From Pseudomonadota bacterium (GTDB lineage Bacteria > Desulfobacterota > Desulfobacteria > Desulfobacterales > JBDRRP01): a DNA stretch of 64,000 nt. The notes below the pieces were generated by a model that worked only from the letters and a program-made list of their open reading frames with translations, did no database searches and was not told where the DNA came from. The position numbers and the translations under genes were made by a program. The DNA lies in the NCBI GenBank assembly GCA_043825735.1, contig JBDRRP010000093.1:1-64000 (forward strand). Direction: 5' to 3'. Of this stretch, positions 19,752 through 30,307 are shown piece after piece; the stretch's first letter is position 1; each line of letters starts with the position of its first letter.

Positions 19752-21473
19752 ATGAACCTGATGACCCGCGCAGGATTGCTGTGGCGTGTACTCAAATGGC
19801 GCATGACCTGGAATCGGCGGCAACTCGATTACCGTCCTTCCGGCATTGCCAATCCCAAATTCATGAGCGCCCTGGAAGCCGTTCGCCGGATCCCCGATGG
19901 GGCGGTCGTCCTCTCTTCAGGGATGGCCGCCAATGCCAGGGCCTCGGTGTGGTTCTGGGCCGTAGCGGAATCTTTTCGCCGCACCGGTCACCCGAAAGGC
20001 TTGACGCACATCACCGTCGGCGCCCAGGGAGGGCGAGGACGGGTGCCCGGAACCGTCGAGGAACTCGGCGCGCTCGATGGCTGCCTGAAACGCTTCATCG
20101 GCGGGCATCTGGAAACGATGAAATCTATTTTGCGGAAAGCGGATGCCGGCAAGATCGAACTGCACACGATGCCCCAGGGAATGGAAGCCCTGCTGGTGGA
20201 TGCGCAGCGTCAGGGCACGTTCGAAATAACGAGTGAAACCGGGGTCGGCACCTTTCTTGATCCGCGGGTGGGCGCCGGCTCGGTCGTGACGCCCCCCACC
20301 GCCGAAAGCCTCATTAGCGTGAGCGGCAACGGTTTGCGATACAGTCTGCCGCCCATCGATGCGGCCTATTTCATCGCTCCTGCCGCCGATGCCGACGGCA
20401 ATATTTACATGCGCGATTGCTGCATGCATACCGAAGCCTACGAATCGGCACTGGCGGCGCGGGCCAACAGGGGCGTGGTGCTGGTGAGCGTCGCCCGGAT
20501 CGTTGCACCCGGCTGGTCCGAGATTTTTCTTCGCGCCGATCAAGTGGATGCCATCGCCGTGCATCCGCTCAACGAGCAGACCGGCGCCGTGCCGCAGCTC
20601 CATCACTGGGAAATGTTTACCGAAGGGGCCGAGGTCGATATGGCCGATGCCATGGAAAAACTGCGGTTTATCAACCGGGTGCTGGGCATTACGCCGAAAC
20701 GGTTTGCCGTAGACAATGCCCTGGCCCGCCTGGCGGCCAGCACGTTTACGGCAACCGTGGACCGCTGCGCCAACGTCGTCATCGGCGTGGGCCTGCCCGA
20801 AGAAGTCGCCCGGTTGATCTTCGAGGGGGGGCTTTTTGCCGATGTCACCTTCATCTCCGAAACCGGGGTCAAAGGCGGTCTGCCCGCGCCCGGAATCTTT
20901 TTCGGCGCCGGCATCAATCCCAGGGAAATCCTTTCCTCGGCGCAGGTTTTCAAGCTGTGCTACGACCACCTGGATGTGGCCATCCTGGGAATGCTGGAAG
21001 TCGACTCGGAAGGCAACGTCAATGTCTCCCGGCGCGGTGAGGCGGCGATAGACTATGTCGGGCCTGGCGGATTTCCAGACTTTTGCGCCGCCGCCAAAAC
21101 CCTCATCTTCGTGGGCGCCTGGATGAACGGCGCCCGCATGAGCGTCGCCGATGGAAAGCTGAAGTTCCTCAAGAGAGGCCCTCACAAGTTTGTCAAAAAA
21201 GTCCGAGAGATCACCATGTGCGGCAGCGAGGCGCTGCGGCGCGGCAAGGCCGTTTACTACGTCACCCATGTCGGCGTCTTCAGGCTCACCGCCCGCGGGA
21301 TGATGCTGGAGCAGATCATGCCGGGAATCGATCTGCAACGCGATATCCTGGACGCCTGCCCCATGAGGGTGATTTTACCGGCCGCGGGGGTGGTACCAAC
21401 GGTGGCGGCGGACATCGTCACCGGCAAGGCATTCACCCTTGCCTGGGACGCGCGGGCGCACGGACTGTCTTAG
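19752..21473 (+). CDS. Family I acyl-CoA:acetate/propionate CoA-transferase (YdiF/Pct-like, fused alpha-beta)
   Basis: GVGTFLDPR, AD.DGNI, GVGLP, catalytic-region SETG, GNVNVS and GPGGF motifs. Confidence 0.88.
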   Translation: MNLMTRAGLLWRVLKWRMTWNRRQLDYRPSGIANPKFMSALEAVRRIPDGAVVLSSGMAANARASVWFWAVAESFRRTGHPKGLTHITVGAQGGRGRVPGTVEELGALDGCLKRFIGGHLETMKSILRKADAGKIELHTMPQGMEALLVDAQRQGTFEITSETGVGTFLDPRVGAGSVVTPPTAESLISVSGNGLRYSLPPIDAAYFIAPAADADGNIYMRDCCMHTEAYESALAARANRGVVLVSVARIVAPGWSEIFLRADQVDAIAVHPLNEQTGAVPQLHHWEMFTEGAEVDMADAMEKLRFINRVLGITPKRFAVDNALARLAASTFTATVDRCANVVIGVGLPEEVARLIFEGGLFADVTFISETGVKGGLPAPGIFFGAGINPREILSSAQVFKLCYDHLDVAILGMLEVDSEGNVNVSRRGEAAIDYVGPGGFPDFCAAAKTLIFVGAWMNGARMSVADGKLKFLKRGPHKFVKKVREITMCGSEALRRGKAVYYVTHVGVFRLTARGMMLEQIMPGIDLQRDILDACPMRVILPAAGVVPTVAADIVTGKAFTLAWDARAHGLS

Positions 21474-21515
21474 CAATTCAGCGCTTCACGGTGGATTCGA
21501 GGCGAAAACAAACTT

Positions 21516-21538
21516 AACTGCGGCCTTTGGCCGCAGTT
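21516..21538. terminator. Hairpin between convergent genes
   Basis: aactgcggcc-ttt-ggccgcagtt. Confidence 0.55.
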
Positions 21539-21792
21539 GAAAGCCGCCGGCTTTGCGGGCGCTCATTGGCTTATATAGCCATTGTCATAAATACGTTCCG
21601 ATTGAACAACAACGCCGTATGAACATCGAAATCGCTATCGGGATCGGTATCGACCGCAGAAAACATCGATTTCGATCCCGATTTCGATCCCGACCCCGAT
21701 AGGATCTTGGCGATGAAACGGAACATTATTCTGACAAGTACTATAGACGCGCACCGCCAACCGCCGGCCAGAAACCACCCGCCGCCCGCTCA

Positions 21793-23004
21793 TCACTCCA
21801 GCCCGGTCAGAATCTGCCGGACCGCCGCGGCGGCACCGTCGCTGCTTCTGATCTGCCGGCCGACGCGCTCGGCGCGGTTTCGGTATCCGGCCTGCGACAC
21901 GCACGCGTCAATGGCCGCGGCCAGTCTGCGGACACTCAGTCGCGAGCGCCACACCGGTGCAGGGCCGATACCGGTGCGCCGGATCCGCTCTCCCCAATAA
22001 TACTGGTCCAGAATATGAGGAACGATCAACTGGGGCACGCCGCAGATGGCGGCGGTGGCCGTGGTGCCGGCGCCGCCATGATGAACGACGGCGGCCATTC
22101 GGGGAAAGAGTTGGCGGTGGGGGTACCGGCTGATGAAAAACACATCGCCGTCGGCCTCGGCGGCAACGTTCCAGAACCGGGCCACCACCAGCCGCTGACC
22201 GGCGGCACGACCGGCGGCGGTCACCAGAGGCTGCAGCCGGGCCTGATCGGGCCGGGGCATGCTGCCAAAGCCGACATACACCGGCGCAGGGCCGGCAGCC
22301 AGAAACCGCTCCAGGGCGCACATCGCCGCCTCCGGTTGCCTCAGGTGCATGTATCCGGTCTGAACGGCAGGGCGATCGATGTCGGTCGGCAGCGGTGCAA
22401 TGGCGGCATCTGAGGCGACCACCAACTCGTGACCCTGGGCATGCCGGAACCAGTCGCGCACCCCAGGCAGCCCTATCCGGCGACGATGCCGGTTGATCAC
22501 GGCATTCATATGAAAGCGGTCCAGCATCCTCGCCGCGTCCCAGCCCAATCGGTTGAACCAGGCCGGCCTCCGGTGGTTCCGGAAGGCCATGAAGGGGTGC
22601 TCACCGCTAGGCAGCAGTTGCGGGGTGAAGGCGATAAACCGGTAGGGAATACGCCCGCGCTCGGCAATACTGGAAAGGGCAAAGCACAGGGAGGCGCCGA
22701 TCACCAGCTCCCTGCCCGCCGCCAGATCCGGCAGACGCCGGAACTGCGCGTCGATTTCGTTTTTAAGATAGCGCAGGAAGGTCGGCGCGGCGGCCAGCGT
22801 GTGAGCCGCCCCCATACTGTCGATGAGCGCGGTAGCATCGGCTCCCAGAGGGGCATAGGCGCAGCCCAAGGCCCGTGCCCACGCGGCCCGCTCCGGCGGC
22901 CCGGCGAGCAGCACATCATGCCCCTCACGCTGAAAGGCCAGCGCCAGCGCCAGCATGGGCTGCACGTCCCCCCGGGAGCCGCTGGTGGCCAGAAGCACCT
23001 TCAT
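21793..23004 (-). CDS. GT1 family glycosyltransferase (sterol glucosyltransferase / GtfA-like)
   Basis: GSRGDVQP, GFGSM, HHGGAGTT and DQ.YW motifs. Confidence 0.9.
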   Translation of the reverse strand: MKVLLATSGSRGDVQPMLALALAFQREGHDVLLAGPPERAAWARALGCAYAPLGADATALIDSMGAAHTLAAAPTFLRYLKNEIDAQFRRLPDLAAGRELVIGASLCFALSSIAERGRIPYRFIAFTPQLLPSGEHPFMAFRNHRRPAWFNRLGWDAARMLDRFHMNAVINRHRRRIGLPGVRDWFRHAQGHELVVASDAAIAPLPTDIDRPAVQTGYMHLRQPEAAMCALERFLAAGPAPVYVGFGSMPRPDQARLQPLVTAAGRAAGQRLVVARFWNVAAEADGDVFFISRYPHRQLFPRMAAVVHHGGAGTTATAAICGVPQLIVPHILDQYYWGERIRRTGIGPAPVWRSRLSVRRLAAAIDACVSQAGYRNRAERVGRQIRSSDGAAAAVRQILTGLE

Positions 23005-23165
23005 GGTTCACCCCCATCATGTCGGATGGTCAGGTCAAAAGTCGAACCTGGTTATGCACTATTCTCAAGTGAATGGGCAGACGCAGATTGGACATGTGAA
23101 ATTAGTCGTTTCAACGAAGCGGCCATCGCTGCATTCCATCTGGGTACCGGAGAGCACTCAACCAG

Positions 23166-23258
23166 GTAGGGTGCGGGGTTTACCCCCGCCCGTGATCGGT
23201 AAACACAGCCGATTGGGGTAACCTTTGCCGATTGCGGGAGGGGATAAACAGCCCCTAC
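23166..23258. repeat. GTAG-type REP doublet
   Basis: GTAGGGTGCGGGGTTTACCCCCGCCC ... GGGGATAAACAGCCCCTAC in inverted orientation. Confidence 0.65.
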
Positions 23259-23514
23259 GAAACAGCCGAAACCCCAACTGGAGAATAGTGCATAACCAGA
23301 AAGTCGAATTATTTTCTACAGCCAACGACGAATGATAAATGAAAGAGCGTACATCAAACATCCAGCGTCGAATTATGAATGAAAAATCAAACGGCGAAAT
23401 GGTACTCGGCTGCTGTCGATAGGGTTTTCATTCGACGTTCAGCGTTTGTTTTTCGTCCGGCGCCAGCCGGATGGCGCCAAATAAACCGTGGGCGGGGCTG
23501 TTTCCGCCCACGGT

Positions 23515-24399
23515 TTATCCGTGGTAGCGGATGAGCCCCTCCTGAACCACCGAGGCCACAAGAACACCGCCCCGGGTGTAGATGTGGCCGAAATTGAGCC
23601 CCCGTGCCTTTTGCGCGCTCGGGCTTTCGGTGACATAGAGCAGCCACTCGTCCATGCGAAACGCCCGGTGAAACCACATGGCATGATCCAGGCTCGCCAC
23701 CTGCATACCGGGTTCGAAGTAACTGTGCCCATGGGGGTAAAGAGAGGTTGTCACAAGACCGAAATCAGAGGCATAGGCCAGCAGGTACTGGTGCGCCGAC
23801 GGGTCGTCGGGCATTGCGTCGATGGCCCTGAACCACACGTAGCGCACCGGCGGCATTTTCTCGGGGGCAAAGGGATTGAGGGGGTTGACGGGACGGATCT
23901 CGATGGGTTTTTGGCACAGAATTTTTTCGCGAATCCCCGCGGGGATTTTGTCTGCCACCTGCCGGGCCAGATCGCTCTCGGAAGCGATGCCTTCTGGACC
24001 GGGCACATCGGAGGGCACCGCACGCTGGTGATCAAATCCGGGCTCGTCCACCTGAAAAGAAGCCGATAGATTGAAAACCGGCCGCCCGTGCTGGATCGCT
24101 TTCACCCGGCGGGTGGTGAAACTTTTACCGTCACGGATACAGTCCACTTCGTAGACGATGGGCCGGGTGGCGTCTCCGGGCCGCAGGAAGTAGGCATGCA
24201 GACTGTGGGCCCACCGGCCTTCGGGTACCGTCTGATAGGCGGCCGAGAGGGCCTGGCCCAGCACCTGGCCGCCGAAGACGGCGCCGAAACCCAAATCCTG
24301 GCTGCGACCGCGGAAAATGTTGGCTTCGATCTTCTCCAGTTTGAGCAGATCCAGCAGTTCTTCCAGCACATTACCGTGAAAGCAGGCATCAGTAGTCAT
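23515..24399 (-). CDS. tesB: Acyl-CoA thioesterase II
   Basis: VFGGQVLGQAL, HSLHAYFLRPG, AYASD, SLDHAMWFH and QEGLIR motifs. Confidence 0.95.
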   Translation of the reverse strand: MTTDACFHGNVLEELLDLLKLEKIEANIFRGRSQDLGFGAVFGGQVLGQALSAAYQTVPEGRWAHSLHAYFLRPGDATRPIVYEVDCIRDGKSFTTRRVKAIQHGRPVFNLSASFQVDEPGFDHQRAVPSDVPGPEGIASESDLARQVADKIPAGIREKILCQKPIEIRPVNPLNPFAPEKMPPVRYVWFRAIDAMPDDPSAHQYLLAYASDFGLVTTSLYPHGHSYFEPGMQVASLDHAMWFHRAFRMDEWLLYVTESPSAQKARGLNFGHIYTRGGVLVASVVQEGLIRYHG

Positions 24400-24476
24400 G
24401 GGCGCACCTTTGAAAACCAAGGGGTCAAGGGTTCAAGGGTTCAAGGGGCCAAGGAGTCGAGTGGATAGCCCTTAAG

Positions 24477-24588
24477 TAAGACAAACTCGTAAAAAAGCAA
24501 TTTTCTCGCAAAGACGCCAAGCACGCCAAGGAAAAATTATTTAATATCATCGTGTTAACTTTGCGATCTTGGCGGCTTTGCGAGAGTC
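24477..24588. repeat. MITE-like palindromic element (copy E, one outer end eroded)
   Basis: cgtaaaaaagcaattttctcgcaaagacgccaag ... cttggcggctttgcgagag; colinear with 32954-33088. Confidence 0.75.
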
Positions 24589-24661
24589 ATTTCTAAGGTT
24601 TCCGGACATACATTTGCCACACTGAGAAAACGGCACGGGCAACCCGAACAAGCGCCGCCCG

Positions 24662-27600
24662 TCACGCCTCCTCCGGCGGCCCGCCCACCGGCGCCCAGTA
24701 AAGCGCTTTGATGCGGGCGCGGATGGCCCCTGACTGCTCTTTGGCGTTCTCGATGAGCGCGTAGAGGGTGGGCACCACCACAAGCGTCAGCAACGTGGCC
24801 ACCAGCAGGCCGAAGATCACCACGATGGCCATGGAGCGCCACCACTGGGTGGACTCGCTGGACCAAGACATGGCCATCACGTGGAAATCATAGCTCACGC
24901 CGGTCACCATGGGGATCAGCCCAAGGATCGTGGTCACGGCGGTCAGCACGACCGGCCGGAGCCGGGTGGCGCCGGCGGCCACCACCGCGTCGGCGAGTGC
25001 CATGCCGCGCTCACGCAGTTTGTTGGTGTAGTCGATGAGCACGATGGCGTTGTTGACCACCACCCCGGCCAGGGAGATGATCCCCACTCCGGTCATGATG
25101 ATCCCGAACGGCGACTTGATGACGGTAAGCCCTAAAAACGCACCGCCCAGAGACAGGATCACCGATGTCAGGATGATCAGGGGCTGCACCACCGAATTGA
25201 ACAGCGTCACCAGAATGAGAAAAATAAGAAACACCGCCACGATGAAGGCTTTGGCGAGAAAGTCTTCGCTCTCCTTTTGAAACTCGTTTTCCCCGGTGAA
25301 CTTCAGATGATATCCCGGCGGCAGGGGAAATGCGTCCAGCAGGGCCTGGGCCTGGGCACGGGCCAGTGGGCCCGGCACCTTGAGCTCATCCACATTGGCA
25401 CGCACCGTCACCACCCGCTCGTGGTTGATGCGCACGATATCGCCCAGACTGCCGCCGTAGGAAATGGTCGCCAGGGTGGTGAGAGGAACCATTTGCCCCG
25501 ACGGTGTGGGGATCATGAGCTTGTTGAGCACATCGGTCACCCGCCGGTCCGGATCGCTGAGGGAGACGGTGACGTCGTAGTCCTTGTCGCCTTCGTAATA
25601 GGTGGTGATGTCCAGACCGTTGTAAGCGGTCTTGAGGGCGGCACCGATCGTACTGGTGGTCATCCCGTACAGCGCCACCTTCTGGCGGTCGATGCGCACC
25701 AGCACCGAGGGCAGCCCGGCCACGAAATCATCACGCACGTCTTCCACGTGGGGGATCTTTTCCACCACGGCCCGGACCTTTTCGGCGATCGCCCCCAGAA
25801 GCTGGAAATTGTCGCCGGCGATCTCGATGTTGATCGGGGCACCGGTGGGCGGGCCCTCCTTTTGCTCGTCCACGGTGATCCGGGCACCGGCGATATTGCG
25901 AATCCGGTGCCGTATGGTATCCAGGTCGCTGGCAGTCGACGAACGGCGGTCCTGAAAATCGAGAAACTGGATACCGATGTGGTTGGGCAGGTTGGAATCG
26001 AAGGAAAACCCGCCGCTGCCCTGAACGACCTTGGTATAGACATGCTCGATATTGTTCAAATCGCCGGGACCTGCAAAGGTCCCCCCACCGCTGATCTGTT
26101 TCGTCACGGGGCTGTAGGCCTCGCTGTAACGGCTCAAGGGGGGCTCAGCGCCGTCGCCGAGTGTGCCCAGCAGGGCCATTTCAACCTTTTTCACGACCAT
26201 ATCCACGGAGTCGAGATCGGCCCCTTCCGGCGGATCGATGTTCACGTAAGCGTTTTTCGGATCGATTTTCGGGAAAAACTCGATGGGCCGCTCCAGCCCC
26301 ACGACGAGCTGCCATGCCTGAATCATGATGACCATCACGGCCACGGCCATCCCCAGAACGGCCAGTTTGTGGTTGAGCGCACCGCGCAGCACGGCGGCAT
26401 ACGATCGCAGGATCGGGCCGGCCACGGCGATGGGCGACTCGCCGGAGGCCTCCAGCGCCGCCGCACTCACCGCATCCTCGCCGCTGACGATCTTCTTGGG
26501 TTTCATGAACACCGCGCACAGCGCCGGGTTGACCACCATGGCCACAAACAGGCTTGAAAACAGGGTGATGATCAGCGTGATGGGCAGATACTTCATGAAC
26601 TCGCCCATGATCCCCGGCCAGAATACCATGGGGGAAAAGGCGGCCAGTGTCGTCAGTGTGGAGCCGATGACCGGCCATGCCACCTCGCTGGTGGCTTTCA
26701 TGGCGGCCGGCACCCTGGGGACCCCTTGTTCCATGTAGCGGTAGATGTTCTCCACGATGACGATGGCGTTATCGACCAGCATGCCCAGCGCCAGGGTCAG
26801 GGAGAACAGCACCACCATATTGAGCGTCACCCCCAGCGCCTGGAGGATGGAAAAACTCATGAGCATGGAAAATGGAATGGCCAGGGCCACCAGGATGGCG
26901 TTTCGAAGGCCCAGGGCAAACAGCAGCACCACCACCACCAGCAACAGACCGCTGATGATGTTGTTTTCCAGATCCGCCACCATCCGCCGGATCTCGTTGG
27001 AACGGTTCATGAGTTTTGTGATGCGGGTATCTTTAGGCCATTTGGCGCCGGCGCGTTCGATGACCCGGTCGATGGCGTCCGAAATCTGGATGATGTTTTC
27101 GCCCACCCGTTTTTTTACGGAGATGCTCACCGAGTCGATGCCGTCAAGCCGGGAGCGGCTGGTCTCGTCCTTGACGCCGTCCACCACGGTGGCCACGTCC
27201 TTGAGATAGATCGGATGCCCCTCGTGGGTGGCAACGATGAGCCCCAAGATCTCTTCCGGTGTTTCGAATTCTCCGGGCACCCGCAGCTGATAGCGTCCCT
27301 GGCCCAGGGTGATGGCACCGCCTGAGGTGTTCTGGTTCTCGCTGGGCACCACCTGCTGAAAGGCGGTGATGGGGATCCGAAAGTAGGTCAGCTTGTCGGT
27401 GTCCACCTCGATGCGGATTTCCCGCTCCAGACCACCGGTCACCTCGGCTTCGAGCACACCGGGCACGGCCTCGATATCGTCCTTCAAATCGTCGGCAATT
27501 TCCTTGAGCATCCGGGGACCGCAGGTTCCAGACAAGGAGAAAACGATGATGGGCAGCTCCGAGAAGTTGACCTCGTACACGGAAGGGTCGTTCTCCAGAT

Positions 27601-27964
27601 CGGTGGGCAGGTCCTGCTTGGCCTCGTCGACCTTGTCCTTGACCTTGGGCAGCACCTGGTCGATGTCGGTGCCGGGGATGAACTCGACATCGATCTGGCT
27701 GCGTCCCTCGGCGCTCACCGAGGTGATCTTCTTGACCCGGTCGAGCCCCTTGAGTTTTTTTTCGATTTTGATGGTGATGCTGGTCTCAATGTCGGCGGCC
27801 GACACCCCGCGGTAGTCGGTGCTGATAAAAACGTGGGGGATGGTGATGTCCGGATCGCTCTCCCGGGGCAGCACCATATAGCTGTAGCTGCCCACCACCA
27901 GAATGATCACGGCCAGCACCATGACGCTGACACGGTTTTTAATGGCGGTATCGGAAACGATCAC
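24662..27964 (-). CDS. RND efflux permease (AcrB/AcrD/AcrF family)
   Basis: 1100 aa; GMLVDNAIVIVENI, VVNNAIVLID and RLRPVVLT motifs. Confidence 0.95.
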   Translation of the reverse strand: MIVSDTAIKNRVSVMVLAVIILVVGSYSYMVLPRESDPDITIPHVFISTDYRGVSAADIETSITIKIEKKLKGLDRVKKITSVSAEGRSQIDVEFIPGTDIDQVLPKVKDKVDEAKQDLPTDLENDPSVYEVNFSELPIIVFSLSGTCGPRMLKEIADDLKDDIEAVPGVLEAEVTGGLEREIRIEVDTDKLTYFRIPITAFQQVVPSENQNTSGGAITLGQGRYQLRVPGEFETPEEILGLIVATHEGHPIYLKDVATVVDGVKDETSRSRLDGIDSVSISVKKRVGENIIQISDAIDRVIERAGAKWPKDTRITKLMNRSNEIRRMVADLENNIISGLLLVVVVLLFALGLRNAILVALAIPFSMLMSFSILQALGVTLNMVVLFSLTLALGMLVDNAIVIVENIYRYMEQGVPRVPAAMKATSEVAWPVIGSTLTTLAAFSPMVFWPGIMGEFMKYLPITLIITLFSSLFVAMVVNPALCAVFMKPKKIVSGEDAVSAAALEASGESPIAVAGPILRSYAAVLRGALNHKLAVLGMAVAVMVIMIQAWQLVVGLERPIEFFPKIDPKNAYVNIDPPEGADLDSVDMVVKKVEMALLGTLGDGAEPPLSRYSEAYSPVTKQISGGGTFAGPGDLNNIEHVYTKVVQGSGGFSFDSNLPNHIGIQFLDFQDRRSSTASDLDTIRHRIRNIAGARITVDEQKEGPPTGAPINIEIAGDNFQLLGAIAEKVRAVVEKIPHVEDVRDDFVAGLPSVLVRIDRQKVALYGMTTSTIGAALKTAYNGLDITTYYEGDKDYDVTVSLSDPDRRVTDVLNKLMIPTPSGQMVPLTTLATISYGGSLGDIVRINHERVVTVRANVDELKVPGPLARAQAQALLDAFPLPPGYHLKFTGENEFQKESEDFLAKAFIVAVFLIFLILVTLFNSVVQPLIILTSVILSLGGAFLGLTVIKSPFGIIMTGVGIISLAGVVVNNAIVLIDYTNKLRERGMALADAVVAAGATRLRPVVLTAVTTILGLIPMVTGVSYDFHVMAMSWSSESTQWWRSMAIVVIFGLLVATLLTLVVVPTLYALIENAKEQSGAIRARIKALYWAPVGGPPEEA

Positions 27965-29118
27965 TGGGTGATTTCCTCCATGCCGCGAACGGTGCGCACC
28001 ACGTTGACCGCCTCACCATCTTCGATGCTGCGCTGGCCCACGACCACCACCTGGTCGCCGGCGCTGAGCCCCCCACGGATTTCCATCAGCCATCCGTCCT
28101 GGATGCCGGTGGCCACCGGCGTAAGCCGGACGCGGGCGTTTTCGACGACGTAAACGTTCTTGGTGTCGTTGCGCTCGACAAGGGCGTACAACGGCACGGC
28201 CAGACCTTCGGAGACCTCCTTTTTGACCACTTCCACCCGGGCGAACATGTCGGGCAGGATCTCACCGGCGGTGTTGTCCACGGCAATCTCCAGGGTATAA
28301 AGACGGGCCAGATTGTCTGCCGTCCGGTATAGGTAGTGATAGTCCCCGGTAAACTCCCGTCCGCCCAGCGCATCTATGGTAATCTGAAAGCGTTTCAGAT
28401 GGCGCACCGCGTCCACATCGGATTCAGGGATCCCGACCTCGATCTTCAACCGGTCGATGGCGATCACCTGTGCCACCGGGTCTCCGGCGGCAAGGTAGTG
28501 GCCCGGGTCCACGCGCACCCGGTTGACCACGCCGTCCATCGGGGCGCGAATACTGCACCGCTCCAGATTCAACGCGGCGGTGTCCATGGCCGCTCTGCTG
28601 GTGCGTGCCTGAGTGGCGATGTCGTCGATCTGGCTTTGCGTGGCCACCTTTTCGGAAAACAGCGCAGTCAGACGTTTCTGGGTCGCCACGGCGAACTCGT
28701 GGGCGGCCGTGGCCGAGGCCAGGGCATTTTGGTAGTCGCGCGGATCGATCCGGGCAATAACGTCACCCTTTTTGACCGGGCTTCCCTCGGTGAGACGCTT
28801 TTCCACGATCACCCCGCCGACCTCGGCCACAAGGTTCAGCGATATCCACGGCTTGGCCACACCGGGCAACTGGATCCGTGCCTTCAGCGGCCGGGGGGCC
28901 AGTGCCATTGCGACCACATTGGTGGGGGCGCGCTCGGAGCGCATCTCACCGGCCTTTTTGGCTTTGATGATCTCGCCTTCAGACTGAATGCGAGCGGCCA
29001 GAACGAAAATGACGGCCACCAGCAGCAGCATGGCGACAGACGGTAAAAAGCCCCACAACCGCCGCAGCCACTGCCGCGGTTTATTCCCGACATCTTCGCC
29101 CAGAGGATTATTCATCAT
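27961..29118 (-). CDS. RND periplasmic adaptor (membrane fusion protein)
   Basis: N-terminal TM; VKKGDVIARID, IRAPMDG and GLSAGDQVVVVG motifs. Confidence 0.93.
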   Translation of the reverse strand: MMNNPLGEDVGNKPRQWLRRLWGFLPSVAMLLLVAVIFVLAARIQSEGEIIKAKKAGEMRSERAPTNVVAMALAPRPLKARIQLPGVAKPWISLNLVAEVGGVIVEKRLTEGSPVKKGDVIARIDPRDYQNALASATAAHEFAVATQKRLTALFSEKVATQSQIDDIATQARTSRAAMDTAALNLERCSIRAPMDGVVNRVRVDPGHYLAAGDPVAQVIAIDRLKIEVGIPESDVDAVRHLKRFQITIDALGGREFTGDYHYLYRTADNLARLYTLEIAVDNTAGEILPDMFARVEVVKKEVSEGLAVPLYALVERNDTKNVYVVENARVRLTPVATGIQDGWLMEIRGGLSAGDQVVVVGQRSIEDGEAVNVVRTVRGMEEITQ

Positions 29119-29457
29119 GGTTTTGTTCCCTGTTGTTTCCGGTTATGCAAAATATGTCAGTGGGTCTCTTCCCACAGTGATGTTGAACCACGGAGGGCAC
29201 GGAGATTTTATAATTCATATCTCCCGCAGAGGCGCAGAGGCGCAGGGAAAAGCACTCGCACAATTCAATTTTCCGCCGTTCTCTGCGTCTCCGCGCCTCT
29301 GCGCGAGAAATATTCTTCTTGGGTTAAAAAACCCCCGTTTGCTCCGTGAACTTCGCAGTGATATGATTCTTTCCGATTGCAATGGCATCCGGTTGTAGCT
29401 TGAGCTTCATGTATAAGCGGTAAATGGTTTTTGACATTGAGTTGTCGCCGGCAGACG

Positions 29458-30093
29458 TCACGACGCCCCGCTGGCGGCCACCAGCGTGGGAATCAACTGA
29501 TCGAGAAAAAACGCGACCTGCTCCCGAGGGTCGACCACCCCCGGAGCGATCATGCTGTGCAACTGAATACCGTCGAGACCGGCCAGAAAATGGATGGCGA
29601 TGTGCTCCGCGTTGCGGGCGATCTCGGGCCTCAGCTGACCGCTGGAGATACCCTCCAGCAGGTAGCCGGTGACGATCCTGACCACGCGCCGGTAGATCTG
29701 CTCTATCAGATGGGGCCGGTTGCTGAATACCCCCCCGGGGCGAAGGGTCTGGCTGAGTACTTCGATAAACAGCCCCTGCTCCTGGTTGCAGGCCGGATCA
29801 TGGTACGCGATAAACATGTCGGCAATCCGCGCCAGCCGTGCCACCGCATCGTCGGTTTCCCGGCCGACGGCTTCCATACCCGCGATCCAGCCGTCGACTG
29901 CCTCGGTGATGGCCGCTTCGAAAAGGGCTTCCTTGGTGGCAAAGTACTCGTAAACGGTACTTTTTCCGATGCCCGCCTCTTCCGAGATCTGTTCGATGCT
30001 CGTCAGAGGATAGCCCTTGCGGCTGAACAGATTCAGAGCCGCCCGTGCAATGGCCTGGGCTTTTGCGTTTTTTCGACTCCCGTCGGCCGCCAT
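29458..30093 (-). CDS. TetR family transcriptional regulator
   Basis: LFSRKGY..TSIEQI...AGIGKSTVYEYFATK. Confidence 0.93.
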   Translation of the reverse strand: MAADGSRKNAKAQAIARAALNLFSRKGYPLTSIEQISEEAGIGKSTVYEYFATKEALFEAAITEAVDGWIAGMEAVGRETDDAVARLARIADMFIAYHDPACNQEQGLFIEVLSQTLRPGGVFSNRPHLIEQIYRRVVRIVTGYLLEGISSGQLRPEIARNAEHIAIHFLAGLDGIQLHSMIAPGVVDPREQVAFFLDQLIPTLVAASGAS

Positions 30094-30307
30094 TCAATCG
30101 CCTCCATTGCGGTTGCCAGACAACTGCCGAACTAATGGTCGGCGCATTCCACGATCAAACGGTGGGCTTTTCAACCATAAACTATCGAATAATTCAATAT
30201 ATTTCTTATATTTAATTGGATTTTAGCGAGGAAATGGCAGTGCCATGATGAAAAACCCGACTCTTCAGTCGGGCTTTCTTCGCGTTGCGCCGATGAGTCG
30301 GCGTGTC

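Noticed and set aside
21793..30093. Secondary-metabolite cluster (glycosyltransferase, thioesterase, RND pump)
   Set aside because: There is no core biosynthetic enzyme, and the genes are separated by repeat-filled gaps.
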